A stretch of 64,000 nucleotides of DNA, taken from the IMG/VR virus record IMGVR_UViG_3300029305_004082, one strand, 5' to 3'. The stretch is from a virus (taxonomy: Duplodnaviria > Heunggongvirae > Uroviricota > Caudoviricetes). Below, one piece after another: positions 37,633 to 47,803 of the stretch; position 1 is the stretch's first letter; each line of letters opens with the position of its first letter. The translations under genes were made by a program, and so were the position numbers. Under the pieces are notes generated by a model that worked only from the letters and a program-made list of their open reading frames with translations, was not told the DNA's origin and did not search any database.

Positions 37633-37817
37633 TGTATATACCCAATGTCAACCACATATTGAAGGCGATAGAGTATATAGAAATGGCGATAATAATCGAC
37701 CCCATAGATAATGGAGTTAGGGAATATACAGCAGAAGAAATCGCCGCATTATATAATCAAACAAGGAATTGCAAAGAGGCTTTGGAATTAATGAGAAAGG
37801 CGGTTGGACTTAATTAA
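37632..37817 (+). CDS. hypothetical small protein
   Basis: 61-aa ORF. Confidence 0.35.
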   Translation: MYIPNVNHILKAIEYIEMAIIIDPIDNGVREYTAEEIAALYNQTRNCKEALELMRKAVGLN

Positions 37818-37818
37818 T

Positions 37819-38016
37819 ATGTTTTGCCCCTGCTGTATGGAAAATCATGAGGTGCAAATACACAAAGTAATAGAGAAAAATGTGTATAAAAACTATGAGA
37901 TTTCATATGATGCTGAGTATTGTTATTGCCCTGTTGCTGATGAATATTACGCCAACGAGGAACAGATACAAAGCAATTTTAAAAATATGGACGATGCATG
38001 GCATGAACTCGTGTAA
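37819..38016 (+). CDS. zinc-finger small protein
   Basis: MFCPCCMENHEV...CYCPV. Confidence 0.4.
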   Translation: MFCPCCMENHEVQIHKVIEKNVYKNYEISYDAEYCYCPVADEYYANEEQIQSNFKNMDDAWHELV

Positions 38017-38382
38017 GGAGAGGATATGACGATGGATGATGAAAGAGAGGTTTGTCCGTGTGAAACTTGCGGTTTAGAAGGTGGGTGCGACGTTTGGGAA
38101 GCGCTATACTGTTGCACATTATGTAAGTGGAATTATGGTGACATTGAGCCACCTTGTGAGGATTGTGACCCATGGGACATATAGATGTTTGCAACGCCCT
38201 GATAAGGGCTCATAAAAGTAGGGCATCAACATGTAGAGAGCTTGTTGAATTGTACGAAAAAATATATGCAGTCTCCGGCCTTACACCCGAAGCTATTCTT
38301 GAAATGTTTCGTATGGGATATACACTCGAAGCCCCCGACAACGACGAGTATTTATGGCAGAAGGTTGAAAGGTTGGCAACGG

Positions 38383-39108
38383 ATGATTGATATAAAGTGT
38401 GGTGATTGTCTGGAACTAATGAAGGATATTCCAGACGAAAGCGTAGACCTGATATTGTGTGACCTGCCGTATGGCGTAACGAATAACAAGAAGGATATTC
38501 AAATCCCTTTCAAGCCGCTCTGGGAACAATATGAGAGAATCATAAAACCCAGGGCGGCAATCCTTCTTTTTGGTCAGGGATTATTCTTTGTGGACCTTGT
38601 GAATAGCAATCGAAAGTTGTTTCGCTACGACTTGGTTTGGGATAAAGAATTGGTTTCTGGTTTCTTAAATGCCAACCGAATGCCGCTTAGACAGCACGAG
38701 CAGATTGCGGTATTCTATAAGGGGTTGCCCACGTACAACCCGCAATTCACTGAGGGCAAACCCCTGCATGGCAAGGGTTCGGCGTATAAGAATAAAGAAA
38801 CGAAAAACCAAAACTACGGCAAATTTGAAACCACAGATGATTCCCGCAAGGGTAGTACAGAAAAGTATCCGACAAGTATTTTGAGGTTCCAGAAACCTCA
38901 TCCATCAATAGCACTTCATAGAACAGAGAAACCCATTTCTCTTCTGGAAAATCTCATACTCACATACACAAATGAAAATGATATCGTCCTCGATAATTGC
39001 ATGGGGAGTGGTAGCACGGGCGTTGCTTGTAAGAATACGGGCAGACGCTTTATTGGTATGGAGTTAGACGAGGATTACTTCAACGTAGCGAAAGAAAGGT
39101 TAGCTTAA
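38383..39108 (+). CDS. DNA N6-adenine/N4-cytosine methyltransferase (beta class)
   Basis: Motif IV LILCDLPYG near the N-terminus, motif I DNCMGSGSTG near the C-terminus. Confidence 0.7.
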   Translation: MIDIKCGDCLELMKDIPDESVDLILCDLPYGVTNNKKDIQIPFKPLWEQYERIIKPRAAILLFGQGLFFVDLVNSNRKLFRYDLVWDKELVSGFLNANRMPLRQHEQIAVFYKGLPTYNPQFTEGKPLHGKGSAYKNKETKNQNYGKFETTDDSRKGSTEKYPTSILRFQKPHPSIALHRTEKPISLLENLILTYTNENDIVLDNCMGSGSTGVACKNTGRRFIGMELDEDYFNVAKERLA

Positions 39109-39110
39109 AT

Positions 39111-40091
39111 GTGGATATACGTGAACTGGTTGAGAAAGCGAGTTTGCTTGATTATGTAGGACAATATATTGAAATGAATCAGGACGGAGACGAGTGGTTT
39201 GGTGTGTGTCCATTCCACGGAGACACAGACCCCTCGTTCTCCATCAGTGAAAGCAGCCCGTATGTATATTACTGCTTCGGTTGCGGTGCCTCCGGCAACA
39301 TACTTCACTTTATGCAAGCCTACCACAAAGTTGGATTTCCAAAGGCAGTGGAGTTGCTTAAAGAGTTTGTTGGGTATACGGGCGAGGTTACGAACAGCGG
39401 AGCATCCGATGTGATGAAGGTGTTTCGGCAGTTTAAGCCACGCACAGAAAAAGAAGTAGTGCCGCATTCCATAATGGATGCAGGTGTAATGCGAAGGTAT
39501 GACGAAGATGCTGTTGAACTTCTGGATTGGGCTGACGAAGGAATAAGTTGGGAGTCTATGAGGCATTACCAAGTAAGGTATGACGCTCGTACGCAAAGAA
39601 TTGTATTTCCAATCCGTGATGTGAACGGAAATATAATCTCGATATCTGGTAGAACTACAGACCCCGAATGGAAAAGCAAGGGGTTAAGGAAATATACTTA
39701 CACAACGAAAATCCATCAGCTCGATACTTTATACGGACTGTACGAGAACAAAGATAAGATAAAAGAGCGGGGTGTTGTATACGTCGTAGAGGGGGCGAAA
39801 AGCGTCATGAAGCTTCGCTCTTACGGATATGAAAATGGCGTTGCTTTACTTACAAGCCATCTGTCTGATTCGCAATTAAAGCTTTTAATACAGCTTGGCT
39901 GCGACGTGGTGTTTGCGCTGGACAAAGGTGTAGATGTGCGGCAAGACAAAAATATAAGTAAGTTGAAACAGTTTTGTAGGGTATATGCGGTTTCTGATAA
40001 AGGCTCGTTGCTTAATATGAAAGACGCACCAGTGGACAAAGGAAAAGAAGTGTGGGAACAGCTTCTTAAAAACAAAACATTGCTTAGGTAA
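39111..40091 (+). CDS. dnaG: DNA primase (DnaG-like: CHC2 zinc finger + TOPRIM)
   Basis: CPFHGDTDPSFSI...CFGCGASGN (CHC2 zinc finger); YVVEGAKSVMKL...DKGVD (TOPRIM); probable GTG start. Confidence 0.75.
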   Translation: MDIRELVEKASLLDYVGQYIEMNQDGDEWFGVCPFHGDTDPSFSISESSPYVYYCFGCGASGNILHFMQAYHKVGFPKAVELLKEFVGYTGEVTNSGASDVMKVFRQFKPRTEKEVVPHSIMDAGVMRRYDEDAVELLDWADEGISWESMRHYQVRYDARTQRIVFPIRDVNGNIISISGRTTDPEWKSKGLRKYTYTTKIHQLDTLYGLYENKDKIKERGVVYVVEGAKSVMKLRSYGYENGVALLTSHLSDSQLKLLIQLGCDVVFALDKGVDVRQDKNISKLKQFCRVYAVSDKGSLLNMKDAPVDKGKEVWEQLLKNKTLLR

Positions 40092-40105
40092 AGGAGGGAG
40101 TCTCG

Positions 40106-41272
40106 ATGAATTATGTAACTTATCATCTGCATAGCGACAGAAGCCTTTTGGATAGCTGTACGCATTATAAGGATTATATAGATAAGGCGGTTGAATTGGG
40201 ACAACCTGCTATTTGCTTTACTGAGCACGGAAGGGTCTTGAACTGGGTAGCAAAGAAATTGTATTGCGCTGAAAAGGGTATAAAGTATATCCATGGTGTT
40301 GAAATATACCTTACAGAAACATTGGAAGAAAAAGTGAGGGATAATTACCATACCATCCTGATTGCTAAAAACTATGAGGGTGTTAAGGAAATTAACTCTC
40401 TGCTGACTCTATCGGAGCAACCCGACCATTTTTACTATAAAAATAGAATTACCTTCGATGAATTCTTAAATATAAGCGATAACATAATAAGTACATCTGC
40501 CTGTTTGGCAGGACCACTTAATAAACTTCATATTAGTCATCCTTACTATGAAAGGTTAGCTGAAAAATATACCTACTATGAAATTCAGCCACACAACCAT
40601 CCTGAACAAATAGCGTATAATCAGCTTCTTAAAATGCTTGCAAGAAAATACCGCAAGTCGCTTATTGCAGGAACTGATACCCACAGTCTTAATGATTATA
40701 AAGCAGAGTGCCGGAGCATTTTGCAGAAAGCAAAGCATATTGCTTATGCCGACGAAGATAGTTTCGACCTAACTTATAAATCATACGACGAACTTGTTGA
40801 TGCGTTTAGGCGTCAGAATTGTTTTGAAGAAAATGTTTATATAGAAGCTATTGGAAACACAGTAGTAATGGCTGAAAGTGTAGAGGACTTTGAATTAGAT
40901 ACAACCTTCAAATACCCTATGCTTTATGGTTCTTATGAAAAGGACGCCGAGGTATATGAGAAAAGGGTTGCAGAAAAGTTTGCTGAAAAGGTTGAGGCAG
41001 GAGTTATTCCCCAAGACCAGATAATAAATTTCCAGAAAGCGATAGACGAAGAGAGCGCCGTATTTGAGCAAATAAACATGAAGGGCTTTATGCTTTCAAT
41101 GAGCGAGTTTGTTTGTTGGTGCAAGGAAAATGGTATTCCTATCGGGTATAACCGTGGTTCTTGCGGCGGCAGCCGAATTGCTTACATTCTGGATATAACG
41201 GACATGAATCCAGAAACTTGGCATACTGTTTTTTCTCGGTTTGCTAATAGCTCACGAAAAGAAATTGGGGAT
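40106..41272 (+). CDS. dnaE: DNA polymerase III alpha subunit (DnaE-type), exon 1 (PHP domain)
   Basis: HLHSDRSLLD...FTEHG (PHP); ends ...FSRFANSSRKEIGD, aligning with E. coli DnaE FERFLNPERVSMPD. Confidence 0.75.
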
Positions 41273-42452
41273 TAAAACTAACGTTTATCTAACAACTATG
41301 AGTAATCAAGAATACAAAATGACGATTTCAAAGTCAGAAATCATAAGAATACATCAAGAAGAATATATGAATGGGATAAGCACTACTAAACTCGGTAAAA
41401 AATACGAAGTAAGTAGCGCATATTTTTCGAGGTGGTTTAAGAAACTTGGGCTACCTGTAAGAAATAACTCGGATAAATCAAGGAAGTATGTTTTCAACGA
41501 AAACGTATTTGAAAAAATAGATACCGAGGAAAAGGCTTACTGGCTTGGTTTCCTATACGCCGATGGCTATATTATGTCTCGTAGAAAGAACGGTAATCCC
41601 AAGGTGGGGATTACGTTGAGCGTGAACGATATAGGTCATCTCGAAAAATTTAGAAAGTTTGTAAGTGGCGACATGCCTATTAAGATTTATAAGCCGTCAA
41701 AAAGTGGTTATGAAGGTTCTGGTGATTATTGCCGAATTTTAATAACAAGCGAAAAAATGGCGTCCGACCTTATAAGGCATGGTGTGTTAGAGCATAAAAC
41801 AAATGTGCTTAAACCACCTAAACTGCCGCCAACATTTATAAAACATTTTATACGTGGTTATTATGATGGGGACGGAAGTATCTGGTGTCAGTCGAATAAG
41901 AGCGGTAAAGACACTCAATATTCCGTGGGATTTGTTGGCACAAAAGACATGCTTGAATTTATACAGCAGGAGTTAATGAGCCGAAGAATTTTGACCCGTG
42001 AATATCCCATGAGCCGCCGCAGGCCAGATAGTGATGTGTTGCAGTGGAAGTTTGGCGGAAATAATATTGTTATTGATTATTTGATGTATTTGTATTCTGA
42101 TGCCTCAGTTTATTTAGAAAGGAAGCTTAGAAAAGCAGACGGTTTAAAAACGTTAGCATATAGTCGTTTATAGTGGAAACATTATAAATTATTAGGCGGT
42201 GAATTGCTGGAAACTCCTTAGAGCCGCACAAACCACAGCATAGCGGGAAACTGCAGGTGCGACGGTTAGAAAATTGTGCGGATTGGACAATCAGCAGCCG
42301 AGCTTCGTACAGAAGAAGGTTCAACGACTATCCGGCCACGGAGTAGGGGAGACCCGAAGTACCGCCCACCCTAACGTAAAGGCGAGGGTGAAGATATAGT
42401 CTATGCCCAACCTGCAGGTTGTTAAAGTACCGCGAAAGCGGGGGTACAACAG
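41273..42452 (+). mobile_element. group I self-splicing intron in dnaE
   Basis: Starts right after exon-1 terminal U with a TAA stop; ends in G before the exon-2 codon ATA; splicing gives ...RKEIGD|IDIDASPDDRDK..., collinear with DnaE PDFDVDF; 3' part contains GC-rich structured core (…TCAACGACTATCCGGCC…). Confidence 0.7.
41298..42173 (+). CDS. LAGLIDADG homing endonuclease encoded in the intron
   Basis: Two LAGLIDADG motifs: YWLGFLYADGYI and FIRGYYDGDGSI. Confidence 0.75.
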   Translation: MSNQEYKMTISKSEIIRIHQEEYMNGISTTKLGKKYEVSSAYFSRWFKKLGLPVRNNSDKSRKYVFNENVFEKIDTEEKAYWLGFLYADGYIMSRRKNGNPKVGITLSVNDIGHLEKFRKFVSGDMPIKIYKPSKSGYEGSGDYCRILITSEKMASDLIRHGVLEHKTNVLKPPKLPPTFIKHFIRGYYDGDGSIWCQSNKSGKDTQYSVGFVGTKDMLEFIQQELMSRRILTREYPMSRRRPDSDVLQWKFGGNNIVIDYLMYLYSDASVYLERKLRKADGLKTLAYSRL

Positions 42453-44408
42453 ATAGACATAGATGCGAGTCCTGATGATAGAGACAAGATTTATAAATAT
42501 ATAATTGACCGATTTGGTCAAGATAGAGCCGCTTACATACTGGCTATCGGAACCATTTCCGATAAAGGAACTATTGATGAAATCGGCAGAGCGTTAGCTG
42601 AACGTTGGAAAGACGAGCATGAGGGTACGTCCAACGAAATAAATCCATATTCATTAAAAGTTATAAAAGAAGTTAAGGCTTTGTATGAAACGGACGAAGA
42701 GGCGGCTCGTAAAAAGTATCCTGACATATTTTATTATTTTGACGGCATGGTTAATACGGCAATATCACAATCAATGCATCCCGCAGGAATCGTGGTTAGC
42801 CCTATTTCACTGCCTGATAATTATGGTTATTTAACCAAAGAAGATAAGTCAATCCTTCAGATTGATATGGAAGAGATTCACGAAATCAGTCTGGTTAAGT
42901 ACGACATTCTGGGATTGAAAAACGTACAGATTATCCGCGATTGTTGCAAATTGGCAGGAATACCTTATCCTAAATCGCACGAAATCAATTGGTGTGACGA
43001 GGCAGTTTGGACGGACATGCTACGTTCTCCTGTTGGTATTTTCCAGTTTGAAAGTGCTTTTGCTTTCCAGTCGCTATGTAAAATGAAACCTAAAAGCATA
43101 GAAGATATGTCTCTTGTAACGGCGGCAATAAGGCCGTCCGGTACATCATATCGAGACTCACTCTTGCGTAGGGAAATAAATAAAAATCCTTCAAAGATTA
43201 TTGACGACATGTTAGAGAAGAACCTTGGGTTCTTGGTGTATCAGGAAGATACTATTAAGTTTCTCCAAGAAGTGTGCGGACTTACTGGTAGTGAAGCTGA
43301 TAATATCCGCCGAGCCATCGGCAGAAAAGATAAGGAGAGGCTTGATAAAGCCTTGCCGCAAATTCTTGAAGGATATTGTTCCAAGTCAAGCAGCCCCAGA
43401 GAAGTAGCCGAGACAGAGGCAAAGGCGTTCTTGAAAATAATTGAGGATAGCGCTTCATATCAGTTTGGTTATAACCATTCGATTGGATACTGTCTTATTG
43501 GTTACACTTGTGCCTATCTTAGACATTATTATCCATACGAATTTATCACTGCGTTTCTCAACAATGCAGATAACGACGAAGATATAGCAAATGGAGCTTC
43601 GTTGTGTAGAGAGTACGGGATTAGGTTAACATCTCCCAGATTTGGTGTGTCCAGAGATAATTATACTTTTGATAAGAACGGCAAAATTATTGCGATGGGA
43701 GTCTCGGCAATTAAGTTCCTTAGCAAAAAGATTGCGAATCAGCTATACAAAACCTATCAGAACAATCGACTGGATACTTTTGTAGATGTTTTATATGCAA
43801 TTACAGAACAAACGGAGATTGATACGAGACAGCGTGACATTCTGATACACACAGACTATTTCGCAGAATTTGGCGAAATGGGGAAGCTTATTGAGGTTGC
43901 CAAGGCTTTTGATTATTTCAAGAGCGGGAAAGCAAAAAAGGTAAGCAAGGAAAAAGAATGCCCGTATATAAAATTTGTTGCCGCATACGGGAGCGACAAA
44001 AACGCAAAAGGCGCTGAGCTTAAGGCGTTTACAATTGCCGACTGCAAAGGGTTGCTTAAAGCTATAGAGCAGGATATTGCTGAGAGCGACAAGAATGTTA
44101 TTACATATGCCGACCGTGTAGCATGGCAAATGGAATATCTTAATTCTATACAGGGTTCTGGAAAACCCGAAGATAGATGGAAGATATATATTAAAGAACT
44201 TCGTCCTGCGTGTCGCAAGGCCGATGGCAGACAGTTCGGATACAACATAAACTACATTTCACTTGGTAGCGGTAAGTCCGGCACTGCAACGATATTTAAT
44301 AAAAATTTCAAGGAAGGAACAAAGGTTGGCTCCGTACTGCAGACTTCTCAGAGCGGGTGGTCTCGCAACGGTAAGTATTTCAACCTCGACAGATATAGTT
44401 TGATATGA
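42453..44408 (+). CDS. dnaE: DNA polymerase III alpha subunit (DnaE-type), exon 2
   Basis: Frame opens at 42426; IDIDASPDDRDKIYKYIIDRFGQDRAAYILAIGT... HPAGIVVSP ... matches the DnaE polymerase core. Confidence 0.7.
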   Translation: MDIDASPDDRDKIYKYIIDRFGQDRAAYILAIGTISDKGTIDEIGRALAERWKDEHEGTSNEINPYSLKVIKEVKALYETDEEAARKKYPDIFYYFDGMVNTAISQSMHPAGIVVSPISLPDNYGYLTKEDKSILQIDMEEIHEISLVKYDILGLKNVQIIRDCCKLAGIPYPKSHEINWCDEAVWTDMLRSPVGIFQFESAFAFQSLCKMKPKSIEDMSLVTAAIRPSGTSYRDSLLRREINKNPSKIIDDMLEKNLGFLVYQEDTIKFLQEVCGLTGSEADNIRRAIGRKDKERLDKALPQILEGYCSKSSSPREVAETEAKAFLKIIEDSASYQFGYNHSIGYCLIGYTCAYLRHYYPYEFITAFLNNADNDEDIANGASLCREYGIRLTSPRFGVSRDNYTFDKNGKIIAMGVSAIKFLSKKIANQLYKTYQNNRLDTFVDVLYAITEQTEIDTRQRDILIHTDYFAEFGEMGKLIEVAKAFDYFKSGKAKKVSKEKECPYIKFVAAYGSDKNAKGAELKAFTIADCKGLLKAIEQDIAESDKNVITYADRVAWQMEYLNSIQGSGKPEDRWKIYIKELRPACRKADGRQFGYNINYISLGSGKSGTATIFNKNFKEGTKVGSVLQTSQSGWSRNGKYFNLDRYSLI

Positions 44409-44635
44409 GAATAGAACCTATTACGCAGGAAAAGTTGTTTACACTTGCTGATGCGGGTGTGTCTGACGAAATAATCGTGGTGGATATCCAAAACAAATGT
44501 CTGCATACAGAAGTGATTCTGGACTACGACGAGAATAATAACAGTGTCGTTGCTGTTTTGGATGACGATGAGGGCGGATATTTTCTTTCCGAGGAGTACG
44601 GCAATACATGGATAGCATTCGACGTAGAGATATAG
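44405..44635 (+). CDS. hypothetical acidic protein
   Basis: 76-aa ORF. Confidence 0.4.
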   Translation: MRIEPITQEKLFTLADAGVSDEIIVVDIQNKCLHTEVILDYDENNNSVVAVLDDDEGGYFLSEEYGNTWIAFDVEI

Positions 44636-44907
44636 AAGAATTCATAAAGCTGTTTGCGGGAACAGAAACGGTATTCACAAGCGGACTATGTTACTGGTTT
44701 GCGCACATTCTTACCAATAAGTTCGGTGGGGAGATTGTTTACGACGCAATCGAAGGACATTTTGTGTCCCGAATAGTAGGTAGAGTTTGGGACGTAACTG
44801 GCGACATTACCGATAAGTATCTGGCGGCACCGCTTGTAGAGTGGAGCACGATTCAGGAATGTGACCCAAAGTGGGCAAAACGACTGAAAGAGGGATGCAA
44901 TATATGA
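44608..44907 (+). CDS. hypothetical protein
   Basis: 99-aa ORF. Confidence 0.4.
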   Translation: MDSIRRRDIEEFIKLFAGTETVFTSGLCYWFAHILTNKFGGEIVYDAIEGHFVSRIVGRVWDVTGDITDKYLAAPLVEWSTIQECDPKWAKRLKEGCNI

Positions 44908-45140
44908 CCGATTATGAAAGAAAAATCAAGGCCGACTATGAGCGAGCAGGATATGAGTTCCGGTATGATACCATTGGAGTAAGCGTGCAACAGGTCAACC
45001 GTAAGATAGCTTATGAGCACGGACTGCCATACGGCAAAATCTTCGCTGTACAGGGTGAAACTGTGGCGTACGACGAAGTTTCTAAGCAATGGCATAAGCG
45101 ATTCCTTGTGTTCTCCAAGAGAAATACTAAACGCTATTAA
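44904..45140 (+). CDS. hypothetical protein
   Basis: Start MTDYERKIK with RBS GAGGGATG. Confidence 0.4.
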   Translation: MTDYERKIKADYERAGYEFRYDTIGVSVQQVNRKIAYEHGLPYGKIFAVQGETVAYDEVSKQWHKRFLVFSKRNTKRY

Positions 45141-45158
45141 CAAAAAACTTAATGATGG

Positions 45159-45192
45159 CAGGGCTGAGTTGTCAGCCCTGTTTTAATTTTTG
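45159..45192 (+). terminator. rho-independent terminator
   Basis: CAGGGCTGAgttgTCAGCCCTG + TTTTAATTTTT. Confidence 0.65.
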
Positions 45193-45200
45193 GAGGAAAA

Positions 45201-45371
45201 ATGAATTCAAAAGAACATTTTATAATTTCTATTATAAAGTCCGTGCTTCGTATTGCTGGTTGTCTTGTTGTTGCAGTCTGGGGCGAAGGCACCGTGTTCA
45301 GAACATTCGCCTATTTATTCTGTATGGCTGAAATGGCGGGTATTCTTGAAGAGGTGTTCGACGGGCGATGA
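45201..45371 (+). CDS. small membrane peptide (56 aa)
   Basis: RBS TGGAGGAAAAATG; hydrophobic core SVLRIAGCLVVAVWG. Confidence 0.4.
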   Translation: MNSKEHFIISIIKSVLRIAGCLVVAVWGEGTVFRTFAYLFCMAEMAGILEEVFDGR

Positions 45372-46579
45372 TAAAGATATTGTTCTGCGGTTTTCCATGT
45401 ACCAAATTCAGCATAGCCAATAACAAAGATAGAGAAACCCATCCTTGCAGTGGCGAAGGATGGGAGCTTTTTTACAACGGCCTTCTTGCCAAAGAAAAGT
45501 GGAAGCCCGACTATATACTGTTTGAAAACAACTACAGCATTGCGCAGCCGATAAAGGATGCCGTAAGCGAATGTCTCGGTGTTGGATATACTATGATTGA
45601 CTCTGCAAAGGTGTCGGCACAGCAGAGAAAGCGCTGTTACTGGACAAACTTTGATGTGCCTCAGCCCGAAGACAGAGGAATTCTTCTGCGTGACATTCTG
45701 GAAAGCGGTATTGTGGACCGAGAAAAGAGTTATGCCCTTAAACATCAGCAGGGAAATGCTCGTGATTATATCAAGAAGAACCACACTCAGGTAGCATTTG
45801 AGCCTATTCGTGTAGGTACAATAGAGAACGAAGCACAGCGTGAGGATTTCGACAGTAAACAGTACCGAGTTTACTCACCCGAAGGTAAAGCAACAACACT
45901 CTGCGGACAGGGTGGTGGCGTGGGAGCTAAAACAGGATTGTACGCCACTCCAATAAAGATGTTAACCGAAGGAGAAATGGATTATATGGTGCGTTCCCTG
46001 GCAGATGGACGCACTCATTTTGATTTTGGATATATACAGGACGCAACAAAGGATAAAGGAAAGTGTCTTACCGCCAATATCCACAAAGGTGTGCCATACA
46101 ACGTTTGCATTGAACGTGCTGATGGCACAATGACACCTGTTTATGAGGTGCGGGATGGAGCTATTAAGTATAAGGACATTTGGTATCCGATAAATCTGCC
46201 TGACGGTTATTACATCATCCGCAAGCTGACGGTGAATGAATGCCGGAGACTGCAGACTATACCTGATTGGTACAAGATGCCTGTGTCGGCAACACAGAGT
46301 TACAAGATGCTTGGCAACGGCTGGACAAATGAAGTAATAATGCACATCTTGAGTCAGATTCCCAATATCCAGAATGAAGAAATTGAGGTTCTGTCAATGT
46401 ATGACGGTATGGCCGGTGCCATGATTGCTCTGCGGGAACTCTGTTGTAACGTGGTGCGGTACGACGCATACGAAATAGATAAGTATTGTATCCAGACAGC
46501 AAAGGCAAATTTCCCCGAAATAATACATCACGGCGATGCATTTGAACTGCGGCGTGATGATTGGAGTTTAGATAGATAA
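45368..46579 (+). CDS. DNA (cytosine-5)-methyltransferase with apparently circularly permuted motif order
   Basis: Order along the protein: IV (ILFCGFPCTKFS), VI (ILFENNYSI), VIII (QQRKRCYW), TRD, IX (RKLTVNECRRLQTIPDWY), X (MLGNGWTNEV), then I (VLSMYDGMAG), II (YEIDKY), III (GDAFEL) at the C-terminus. Confidence 0.6.
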   Translation: MIKILFCGFPCTKFSIANNKDRETHPCSGEGWELFYNGLLAKEKWKPDYILFENNYSIAQPIKDAVSECLGVGYTMIDSAKVSAQQRKRCYWTNFDVPQPEDRGILLRDILESGIVDREKSYALKHQQGNARDYIKKNHTQVAFEPIRVGTIENEAQREDFDSKQYRVYSPEGKATTLCGQGGGVGAKTGLYATPIKMLTEGEMDYMVRSLADGRTHFDFGYIQDATKDKGKCLTANIHKGVPYNVCIERADGTMTPVYEVRDGAIKYKDIWYPINLPDGYYIIRKLTVNECRRLQTIPDWYKMPVSATQSYKMLGNGWTNEVIMHILSQIPNIQNEEIEVLSMYDGMAGAMIALRELCCNVVRYDAYEIDKYCIQTAKANFPEIIHHGDAFELRRDDWSLDR

Positions 46580-46580
46580 T

Positions 46581-46829
46581 ATGGGTGGATTTATATCAAA
46601 GCAACCAAACGGATTATACTGCCGTTTTTCCACGATTATGGATTGTCCTACCGATTGGAACATGACGGAAGATGATTACATCGAGTTGTGCAAACAAAAA
46701 GCAGAAGAGGATGCGAGGTACGTGCTCAAAAATTGTTTGCTGCCGTTTGCCATGGTAGAAGAACGTTTTTTCCCGAACAATATGACGCAGGAAGAATTTG
46801 AGCTATTTTTGAAAGATGTAGCGTTATAG
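46581..46829 (+). CDS. hypothetical protein
   Basis: 82-aa ORF. Confidence 0.4.
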   Translation: MGGFISKQPNGLYCRFSTIMDCPTDWNMTEDDYIELCKQKAEEDARYVLKNCLLPFAMVEERFFPNNMTQEEFELFLKDVAL

Positions 46830-47093
46830 TTTTTGATTTGCGGTGGCGGAATAGACACTATCATCGAGGTGGTAAAGCGAAAAGCGCAATGCCGAGGTGA
46901 CCAAGGTACAGTAAGTCGCAGAAGTAGCAATAGTAGACGCAAGTGGCGAGCCTGTTGGATGTATGCCCTATTGTCACCGATAGGGACGCCATTCGGCCAA
47001 AAGATGGATACGGGCATGTGGGGTGCAAATCCTCACCCGCAAATCAATTTTAAACTTGGAAAGTTGACAAAAAAATACTCGGAGGGTTGGAGA

Positions 47094-47387
47094 ATGACTG
47101 ATAAAGAATTTAAAAGAGCCGTTGAATTAAAAGAAAAAATTGAGTTCTACGAGGAAAACAAAGGGATTCTAAAAAGGTTTCTAAGCACCAATCATCCTAA
47201 CTTCACAATCAGGCTCACAAACAGACGGGGTAAGGCAGGTATATGGGTTTTTCAAAATAGTTGGATGGATTATGCCGATATACCCGTAAATGCTGACACA
47301 GTAAAACTTATCATGGAAAGTCTTGACCTCAGCCTGGAGGAAATGAAAAAGGAGTTTGAGGGCATTGGAAAGGATACTGATAATTGA
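47094..47387 (+). CDS. hypothetical protein
   Basis: Start MTDKEFKRAVEL with RBS GGAGGGTTGGAGA; upstream 260 nt look non-coding. Confidence 0.45.
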   Translation: MTDKEFKRAVELKEKIEFYEENKGILKRFLSTNHPNFTIRLTNRRGKAGIWVFQNSWMDYADIPVNADTVKLIMESLDLSLEEMKKEFEGIGKDTDN

Positions 47388-47803
47388 ATATGAACAAAAT
47401 AATAATGGGCCGAGGTTTCGGCAAAACATATAATCTCGTTAAGCTGTCGGCTGTAATGCAAATCCCTATAATCTGTGCGTACAACAAGGATTATATAATC
47501 AAGATGTCAAAAGAACTTGGTGTTGCAATTCCTAAGCCGTTAACCGCAAGAGAAGTTTTTAGCGGCGGACATAAGGTACGCGAAGGAGATGTTCTTGTTG
47601 ATGACGCAGAGCAAGTTCTTGATTACCTGATGAGAGAAATGCTCGGTGCCAATATTCACACACTAACTATCACATCCACTGATGATTCTCTTAATTCAAT
47701 GATGGATGGCGGGAGAAGTAACCGTAATTTTGCGAGATTGAAGCATAACGAGGTTTCTCCTAATGGTCGATGTGAAATGTTTGATAGAAGGGAGGACATA
47801 TGA
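47384..47803 (+). CDS. hypothetical protein with P-loop-like GRGFGKT
   Basis: 139 aa; MGRGFGKTYNL. Confidence 0.35.
   Translation: MNMNKIIMGRGFGKTYNLVKLSAVMQIPIICAYNKDYIIKMSKELGVAIPKPLTAREVFSGGHKVREGDVLVDDAEQVLDYLMREMLGANIHTLTITSTDDSLNSMMDGGRSNRNFARLKHNEVSPNGRCEMFDRREDI

Noticed and set aside
40106-44408. Intein interrupting DnaE
   Set aside because: The N- and C-terminal parts are in different frames, and a TAA stop directly follows exon 1. The insert carries a LAGLIDADG ORF plus about 280 nt of structured RNA and ends in G. This fits a group I intron, not an in-frame intein.
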